NCBI GenBank assembly: GCA_951406725.2
Contig: OX597824.1
Location: 9,052,001-9,116,000 of the forward strand
Source: Octopus vulgaris
Taxonomy: Eukaryota
Direction of reading: 5' to 3'
DNA: 64,000 nucleotides
The notes beneath the pieces were generated by a model that worked only from the letters and a program-made list of their open reading frames with translations, made no database searches and was not told the origin of the DNA. Positions 55,237 to 64,000 of this stretch are shown piece after piece; positions within the stretch are counted from its first letter, which is position 1, and each line of letters opens with the position of its first letter. The translations under genes were made by a program, and so were the position numbers.

Positions 55237-55668
55237 CGTCCACTCGTGACCGAGGAAGACCATTGCCGACATTCAGGAACATTGTGCGCTCTAGGACTAA
55301 CTTATATTTTGCATTTGCGGCTCCGTTGGTGGCCAATGAGCCCTACCCTTGACAATCATACACGATTGCAAACATTGCAGACTCAGCTTTCCCCATTCAC
55401 TATACGAGCCGTGCGCTTTCGCGCAGCTCGCTTAAGTTCTTCATGCTGGATACGTGCTCTCTCAAAAGTGTCGATCCCCTCCTTAACCTGCTTCATCCAT
55501 CTGTGGCAATGACAGGCATTGTTCTCCCAGTCAGTGTCCTGCAAATCACAGGTCTTTAACGAGGACTTAACAGTCCCTAAATCGCAGCCTTGGTTTCTAC
55601 CGTAGTCTCCTTCCATTCACAAGTTCTCCCTAGAGCATCTGCTTAGGAATCCTTCTATCCTTCATTCT
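55231..55668 (-). mobile_element. RTE-clade (BovB-like) LINE 3' end with C2H2-like finger
   Basis: RMKDRRIPKQML.GEL..G.R....PRLRF.D; LKTCDLQDTDWE....RW; VCNVCNR...SRVGLIGHQRS; short 3' UTR abutting (TA)n. Confidence 0.88.
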
Positions 55669-55959
55669 AATATATACATACATAGATACATCGATACATA
55701 CATACAAAATGTATATATATATATATAGCTTCATGCGACAGATTTGGTCAACCTATCTCTTTATGTAACAACTTTACGACGCTTAGTCGCTAATGGAGTT
55801 TTCAAAACTCTAAAAACCTTCAAACGGAATTAATAATTCTAAGTCGACAAACTACAATTCTCACTCGTGTGTTTCTCCCACATGCTGCTATAGAAAGTGA
55901 GTTCCCAGCAACATCTGCTCCTGAAAATATGTGCATATAGAATCACATACATATTAAAA

Positions 55960-56085
<126 letters not shown>

Positions 56086-56086
56086 G

Positions 56087-56164
<78 letters not shown>

Positions 56165-56406
56165 TGGGTATAATACATACATACTTTCATACATATATAT
56201 ATATAACATATATCATATTCATATGTACACATACATATACACACACACACATATACACATATGAATTTATCTGGGTGTATGTAGGTGTTGTGCGTTGGAA
56301 CTCTATTAATGCAAATATCTATCAACTATCTATTGTCATATACAGCTAGACATTTACATCGTCGTGTGCGTGTGTGTGTGCACGTGCGTGCGTTTGTGTG
56401 TGTATG

Positions 56407-56438
<32 letters not shown>

Positions 56439-56598
56439 ATATATATATGTATGTATATACATATATATATATATATGTGGATGTGGTATTACGTATACAT
56501 TACTGTAAACGCCTCTCATTGTGTACTTATCTTCCTTGTAACTAAAGCCAAAAGCCAAAAGCCAAACTAAATAAAATATGATAACGCACTAGCAGCAG

Positions 56599-56630
<32 letters not shown>

Positions 56631-56646
56631 ACAGCAGCAACAACAG

Positions 56647-56678
<32 letters not shown>

Positions 56679-56842
56679 GCAATAGCATCGATTGTCGTTA
56701 TTGTGACATATAAGAATTACATCAGCTCAGCTTTGATCGTGTAAACTTACGATTAAACGTGTTGCAACTCTGACGACCTAATCTTCCTTTTACCTTTTTC
56801 CATATATATATATATATATATAAATATATATATATATGAATG

Positions 56843-56877
<35 letters not shown>

Positions 56878-57053
56878 ATGTGTGTGTGTGTGTGTGTATG
56901 TGTGTGTGTATGTGTGTGTGTGTGTTAGGGATTACATCATCATTCAATCTAGCCTTGCTTATTTACGCCAGTGCAAAGTGAGATTTGGTTAATATTTACA
57001 GCAGGTCGAGAGGCCGCTCACAGGCCTCTGGTAGCAAGTGTCAAAGCACTTGA

Positions 57054-57088
<35 letters not shown>

Positions 57089-57443
57089 ATCATTATTATC
57101 ATTATTATTATTATTACCAGTAGTAGCAGTAGTAGCAGTAGGGGGTATTCCTGGTGGTATAGTTGTAGTGTAAGATTTATTGTATGTAACTATAATCGAT
57201 TGTTGTTGTTGATCATGTTGACTACAGTGGAGGTGGTGTCGGCGACGGCGACGACGGCGGCGGTGATCGTGATGGTAGACAGTGGTTGGTCGCCGCCATA
57301 ATATTAGTATTGATAGTGTATTTAGTGTAATATACCATTTGTACTAAGTCTACCATTTGTACTAATTCACTAATTACTTCTAATTGTATCTGACTGTGTC
57401 GCATGAGCGATGCCCTCTGTAGTAGTAGTAGTAGTAGTAGTGA

Positions 57444-57513
<70 letters not shown>

Positions 57514-57614
57514 GGTAGTGGTGGTAGTGGTGGTAGTATTATTATTATTAGTAGTAGTAGTAGTTGTAGTAGTAGTAGTTGCAGGAGGAAGTGGTGGTTG
57601 CAGAAGAGAATGAG

Positions 57615-58010
57615 GGATAGCTGATAGACTCGTTAGAGCATCGGGGAAAATGGTGTTAAGTTTTTGTTGTCTCTTTCCGTTTTGAGTTCAAATCCTGGCA
57701 CAGCGGCAACCATTCCTTTCCATCGCCCGGTGTCTATAAAACCAAAATACCAGTTAAATACTGGTGTCAACTATTCCCCCCCCCTTACCCACAAAATCGC
57801 TGGCCTTATTACTTAGTGATCTGGCAGAATCGTTAGAGCAACGGAAGAAGTATTTTGCTGTATTTGCTTCGATTTTTTACATTTGTACCCAAATCCCATT
57901 GGGATTAGGTTTGCTTTTCGCCAATTCTTAGTCGATAAGATAAGCCACCAGTACTGAGATTAATAATATCTCCCTTAAAAGTTGTTGGCCTTCTGTCTGA
58001 ATTAAATAGA
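57615..58010 (+). mobile_element. Two decayed SINE family B copies
   Basis: GCTGATAGACTCGTTAGAGC...GAGTTCAAATCC and CTGGCAGAATCGTTAGAGC...GTCGATAA. Confidence 0.7.
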
Positions 58011-58025
58011 TAGTAATGGCCCCTT

Positions 58026-58366
58026 GTGAAGGCTCGTGGCTCAGTGGTTAGAGCGTCGAGCTTACGATCGTGAGGATGTAAATTCGATTCCTGGACCGGG
58101 CTGCGTGTTGTGTTCTTGAGCAAGACACTTTATTCCACGTTACTCCAGTTCATTCAGCAGTAGAAATGAGTTGCGACGTCGCAGGTGCCAAGCTGTATCG
58201 GCCCCTTTGCCTTTCCCTTGGATATCATCAGTTGTGTGGAGAGGCGAGGCTGTTATGCATGGCGACTGCTGGCCTTCCATAAACAACCTTGCCCGGACTT
58301 GTACATCGGAAGGTAACTTTCTTGGTGCAATCCCATGGTCATTCACGACCGAAGTGGGTCTCTTCC
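58026..58366 (+). mobile_element. tRNA-derived SINE family C variant with 12-bp TSD
   Basis: TAATGGCCCCTT at 58014-58025 and 58367-58378. Confidence 0.92.
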
Positions 58367-59529
58367 TAATGGCCCCTTCCTTTGATTCCCCATATGGCAA
58401 AGAAAAGAATTCATTAATATTATTTTTGTTTACACTCGTGCAGTTTCCAAGCATTGCTGACCTGTGAAGTTACGCCGAACACCTATTATCGTGTCAAGGA
58501 AGAATCCGACAATAAGCCGAGACTATCGTGGGGATCACTCCACTACCCACCTTTAACAAGGCAGGGCAAACAGTGTTCCTCTGTCTTGTGGTGATGAGAA
58601 AAGAGGATGTGTGGTGTACGAGGCTGAAAGGATTCAACAGAGAAACCTAGCTCATTGGTCAAGCACTCATTGACTTTTTTTTTAATTCGGAAAAGAAAAT
58701 GAGGTTGCAAAATCAGATTGGAAATATGGAAGTATGTACTTCTGTATAAAGTATTGAGAAATGTTTCAGGGTAATTTTAAATTGTTTGTGTTTATAAGAT
58801 GACACAAAAGTAAGAATTGATATATATAGATTTGTGCTTAAGAAATTTGCTTTACGACAACGTGGTTTTAGGTTTCGTCCAAATGCGTGGCACCTTGGAC
58901 AGGGTCTACTAATATAGCCCTGGTCTTAACAAAGGCTTGCTGGGGTGTTTGGTAAGTAGGTGTGTGGAGGTCCGTCGTGAATGTGTGTGCTTCATTCACA
59001 GAAACAGATGGACTAAAAGGTGTGTGTGTATATGTGTGTGAGAATGTGTGTGTGGGTATGTATATGTATAAAAGAAAAAAAGAAGTGTTAACGACGTGAG
59101 GTTGGAAAGGCAAAGAGAATGGGATATGTTTAGGATGCAATATTTAGCAGAGGTTGATGTTCTGATGGTGAGATTAAAGAAAGGCACATAAAGACATATG
59201 CGCAGATGAGGCAGTTACATTAAGAGCGAGAGAGAGAGAGAGAAAGAAAGAGAGAGAGAGAGCGGCAGATTGCGTTTGTATTGTCAGAGTAGAGATACAT
59301 CAACAGCAAGAAAATGTAGATATAAAAAAATTGTTGGACAGAAATGAAATGAAATGACCTTTGTTACTGAAACTACTGTGAGGTTGATGGTGGTGTTGGT
59401 GGTGGTGGTGTGTTGATAGTGAAAATAAATTTTTTTCTTTATTGAATATCTATAAAATTATTCTTCTACCTTTCTTTCACATTTTACGCTTTAATATGTT
59501 AGAACGGATGAGGAGATGGAGTGGCAGAG

Positions 59530-59586
<57 letters not shown>

Positions 59587-60294
59587 TGTATCTATGTATG
59601 CATACTTACATGTATATGCGTTTGTGCATATATTTGTTGTCGTGTGCATCTGTGTGGATCTGTGTATACATAAATACAAACAAACATATACGTGTATGTG
59701 CCGCATGCATGTCTGTGTGTATCTTAATGTGTACATATTTATTTATACACGTTTCATTTGATTTCTCTTTCAATGATTATACGATAACATGAAACGCAGA
59801 TAAACGTATCGAAAGCGAGTAATTTGTCACACTCTCGACACCTTTGTAGTCTATATTTAATCATTGAACCCATCTCTATCATTCTTTTTGAGTTACTTCC
59901 TCCTTTGTTTTCCTTTTCAAGTCTTGTATCATACGAATCGATCGAGTTTCATAGATTAAACAAGGGAATTCCGTTATTCTTTGTAAGTATTTGACGCTTA
60001 AGCCTGGTAATTACGAGTGGTATTCGTAAGTAATAATTCTGCGTATATGGCTATTATATTTGGCTATTACAGCGATGTTTTCTGTGTGGTATTTCTCTGA
60101 TATTGCTTCAGTACTCAATTGAAGTAGCAGCTTATTCAATGTTGGGGACTCTCTTAAAGGAATTTTATTGGGTCATTCACCTCAGCGCGGCGCAATGTGC
60201 AGAGTGCCATCTACTATAGCTGTCCAGGCTGGTCAATGCCTTGTGAGAGAATTTTATAGACGGAATCTATGTTGAAACATGCTTTGTATATACG

Positions 60295-60770
60295 CATGTA
60301 TGTATGTATATATGTGTGTATGTATGTATATGTATGTATGTGTGTATGTATGTATGTAAGTATGTATGTATGTATGTGTGTATGTATGTATGTGTGTATG
60401 TATGTATGTGTGTATGTATGTATGTATGTATGTATGTAAGTATGTCTGTATATATGTATGTATGTGTGTATGTATGTATGTAAGTATGTATGTATGTATG
60501 TGTGTATGTATGCATGTATGTATGTATGTATGTGTGTATGTATGTATGTATGTGTGTATGCATGTATGTATGTATGTATGTGTGTATGTACGTATGTATG
60601 TATGTATGTATGTATGTATGTATGTATGTATGTATGTATGTATGTATGTATGTATGTATGTGTATGTGTATGTATGTATGTATGCATGCATGTATGTATG
60701 TATGTATGTATGTATGTATGCATGCATGTATGGATGTATGTATTTATTGTATGTATGTATGTATGTATGT
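60295..60770. repeat. (TATG)n microsatellite, about 475 bp
   Basis: Imperfect GTAT tandem array. Confidence 0.95.
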
Positions 60771-60942
60771 ATATGGCGAGACTCTGGTTTAAGTACCTCA
60801 TATAACCCCAAAAGGGTACCTTTACTTTTTGGAATTCTTCAGAAAAATGTTGTGAATATGTGTTCTACACCCGAGAATTCATACGATTGTAGAATTTGAA
60901 AATATATATACTCATCACCTCACACACACACACACATACACA

Positions 60943-60999
<57 letters not shown>

Positions 61000-61809
61000 A
61001 TCCTAAAAGTTCTGATCATTTTCGATCAATTTAAAAATCAAAGTATAAATACGAAAAGAGCGAGTTTTTTGCTAAAATACCAGCTATGGACTACACCTGA
61101 GTGTATCATCATTCCATTAAATGTGCTTAGAGAAAGAAAAATATTGAAAAACATTAATACGTGGCAGTGACAAAGAAACGAGAAAGATATCAGGTGGTCG
61201 TGAGATGTGCTAAAATCAACAGCTAAGTCGCCCTTAAATCACAAATATTTTCTCTTATTCGCATGACTACATGAATTCCCGTGTGTAGAAGACAGATTCG
61301 CAAGAAATTTCTGGAAATTTCAAAATATAAAAAAAGGTTTGAGGGTTATATGAGGTGCTTTAAACAACGATTCCACCATACACTCACACACACTCATAAA
61401 TATATATACATATAGATATATATATAGATACATTCATACATGCATACATGTATATATACAAAAATGAAATTAAATAGAGATACAATTGACAATCCAATAA
61501 TTTATTTATATTACAATATAATATAATATAAGACAACATAAGCAAGTATTAAAACATCACAAGGTCAGCAATTTGTTTGGACTCATATACATTTATTGAT
61601 ATATAAAAATTTCCAAGCCTCATCAGAACCAGAGTTTAAAGACAGACGAAATTCCGCGTGAAAGAAAGGCTGGATTGTAAAAGATTAATTCAAATACCTA
61701 AGTATTATGAGAGTGAGAGACAAATTTTAACTGACAAAATAATTATGTGTACCAGTGAATTTGATGTTTCACACACCCCTTCGAAGGAATTATTTTCCTT
61801 GGTTTGTTA

Positions 61810-61856
<47 letters not shown>

Positions 61857-61857
<1 letters not shown>

Positions 61858-62060
61858 CGTTTTGGGATTTGGTTTGCAAGATTCTTTATATGAGTTTTGT
61901 GTGTTGAAGCATATTCTGTTGTGTTTGGGGAGAATCATTGTCTTTTTGTGCCTTATAATGTAACAAACTCACCGGTAAAATTTCCACTTATTTCATAGTT
62001 TTATTCTCCTTAAATTTTCGTCGAGTCTTGCAAACTTTTCAATAGTCTTTGCAACCTTTT

Positions 62061-62063
<3 letters not shown>
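61857..62063. repeat. Dispersed repeat in (TA)n (collinear copy of the 12758-12958 family)
   Basis: See 12758-12958; flanked by (TA)n on both sides. Confidence 0.8.
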
Positions 62064-62106
<43 letters not shown>

Positions 62107-62249
62107 ATATATTCAGGTTATAAGAGGTAATGGTGTCATTGAGACCCAAAGGTAATGCTGAATAGGTGCTATAGACAGACCATAGTTAAGTTCCAGGTTC
62201 GGTAATTTTGCGAATAAGGGGTTCAACTTTGGTCATATGTCAGCGTGTG

Positions 62250-62370
62250 TTTATAAGAATTTTTTGCGTATTAGGATAAAAAAAACCAAGGCTGTGTAGA
62301 TATTAGGACATGATCTAATATCTACAAAGTCTTGTTTTTTTTTTACTTATCTCATTACGCAAAAAATTCT

Positions 62371-62375
<5 letters not shown>
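62250..62375. mobile_element. Fold-back remnant of the PLE tail seen at 11240-11305
   Basis: ATAAGAATTTTTTGCGTA...GTAGATATTAG / CTAATATCTAC...TACGCAAAAAATTCTTAT inverted arms; the right arm matches 11246-11300. Confidence 0.7.
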
Positions 62376-62436
<61 letters not shown>

Positions 62437-62690
62437 GATACATACACACATTCATGGTGTTTTTCTCCATTTAACATCATGAAATCATTAACTTATGAAA
62501 GCTATTATAACGATTAGGCCCTCAAAACGTGACAATCTCGTCGGTTCATGCATTACTTATCAACAACTATTTTGTCTAATGCTCTTCGTTTGGCAGCTCT
62601 TTCTTGCAGATGAGTTGACCGAGTAGAAAAGCTCTTATATTGGCGCTCACATTTATCTCTTGCAGCATAGTCTAGTACAATGATATAGGC

Positions 62691-62726
<36 letters not shown>

Positions 62727-62786
62727 TCATATGTATATATATATGTATATTATATGTATATATATATATATGTATATGTATGTATG

Positions 62787-62898
<112 letters not shown>

Positions 62899-62909
62899 GT
62901 ATATATATA

Positions 62910-62956
<47 letters not shown>

Positions 62957-62984
62957 TTGATTATCTGTCTATGTATATGTCTGT

Positions 62985-63041
<57 letters not shown>

Positions 63042-63792
63042 CACATGTCTATTTATACACGTATTTGCAAAATCAATTTAGCATTAAACAATTTATCATC
63101 GTTAAATTGCAGCATCACTCAAAACTATTTTGTAGAGAGCATATTCAATTTTGAAAAGGAACCAGTTGCCATGAATATGCACATGCATGTTTATGCACGT
63201 ATATACGTCAGCTTAAATTCATATCGAGCGCATCACAAAAGAAGGAATTTAGGTAAGCGAAGCCCTCTAACTGTGTTACGTAAGTTGGATCATGGAAAAT
63301 GTATAAGTCAAGAGAAATAGCTCCAGATTTTCATTGAAAATGTGTCCAACTATTGTTTGTATATACATGTGAAACTGATAACATTTAAGCGCTCGCTTTG
63401 ACGTAAAATCTCCGATAGAGGTTCGTTTTTCATAATCGCTCTCTCTCTTTCTCTCTCTCAAGAAAATATCACAATTACGTCAGTGGATGGCAATAAAGAT
63501 AGAGCATGGAGATGTGCTGAGGGAAAAACTGTTCTAAATACACCAGAAATATTAGGCACTTATTTGGCCGTTTGCCAGAATATAGAAATCAATATTATTT
63601 ATGGTATTTTCCAGCAATATAGGTAACAATAGCACACGAACGTAAACACACTTATGTACACGCGAGCGTACAGACATACACACACACAGACATTGATACT
63701 GACAAACACTTAACTAACGCATCGATTCGGTGTTGAATAAGTGTTAGTGCGGAAGTAATACATTATGCATGCATCTACGTATGTATGTATTA

Positions 63793-63915
<123 letters not shown>

Positions 63916-64000
63916 GTGGAGATTGATAGTTAGATAGACAAACAGACACACACGCAGATAGATCGATAGAGAAAGATAGACAGACAGACATACAAATAGA

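Noticed and set aside
61600-61632. Minus-strand CTGATGA-GGCTTG-GAAA
   Set aside because: No stem II or stem I pairing; chance match.

Overview
AT-rich eukaryotic (metazoan) non-coding DNA, saturated with microsatellites ((TA)n, (CA)n, (GATA)n, (TACA)n, (TAA)n, (TAC)n, (GAT)n). The repeat content resembles an octopus/coleoid cephalopod genome (inference). Nearly all ORFs in the supplied track are microsatellite artefacts, and no host protein-coding exon can be supported. The real content is transposon-derived: (i) many tRNA-headed SINEs of three broad families, several with clear target-site duplications; (ii) at least eight fragments of RLE-type (R4/Dong-like) non-LTR retrotransposons, mostly sitting in (TAA)n arrays; (iii) Penelope-like element (PLE) remnants, including a GIY-YIG endonuclease region; (iv) an internally deleted mariner, a Tigger/pogo-like MITE, two RTE 3' ends and an L1/Tx1-like fragment. 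The main signal the ORF track misses is a set of sequence-distinct type I hammerhead ribozyme motifs (about 11182, 13008, 17348, 24916, 29593, 49905), mostly in PLE terminal repeats. One lies at the 3' end of a tRNA-headed SINE-like unit (12957-13395, minus strand), a candidate Pol III/hammerhead non-autonomous retroelement possibly mobilised by PLEs. All folds were read by eye, and SINE/LINE boundaries are approximate.
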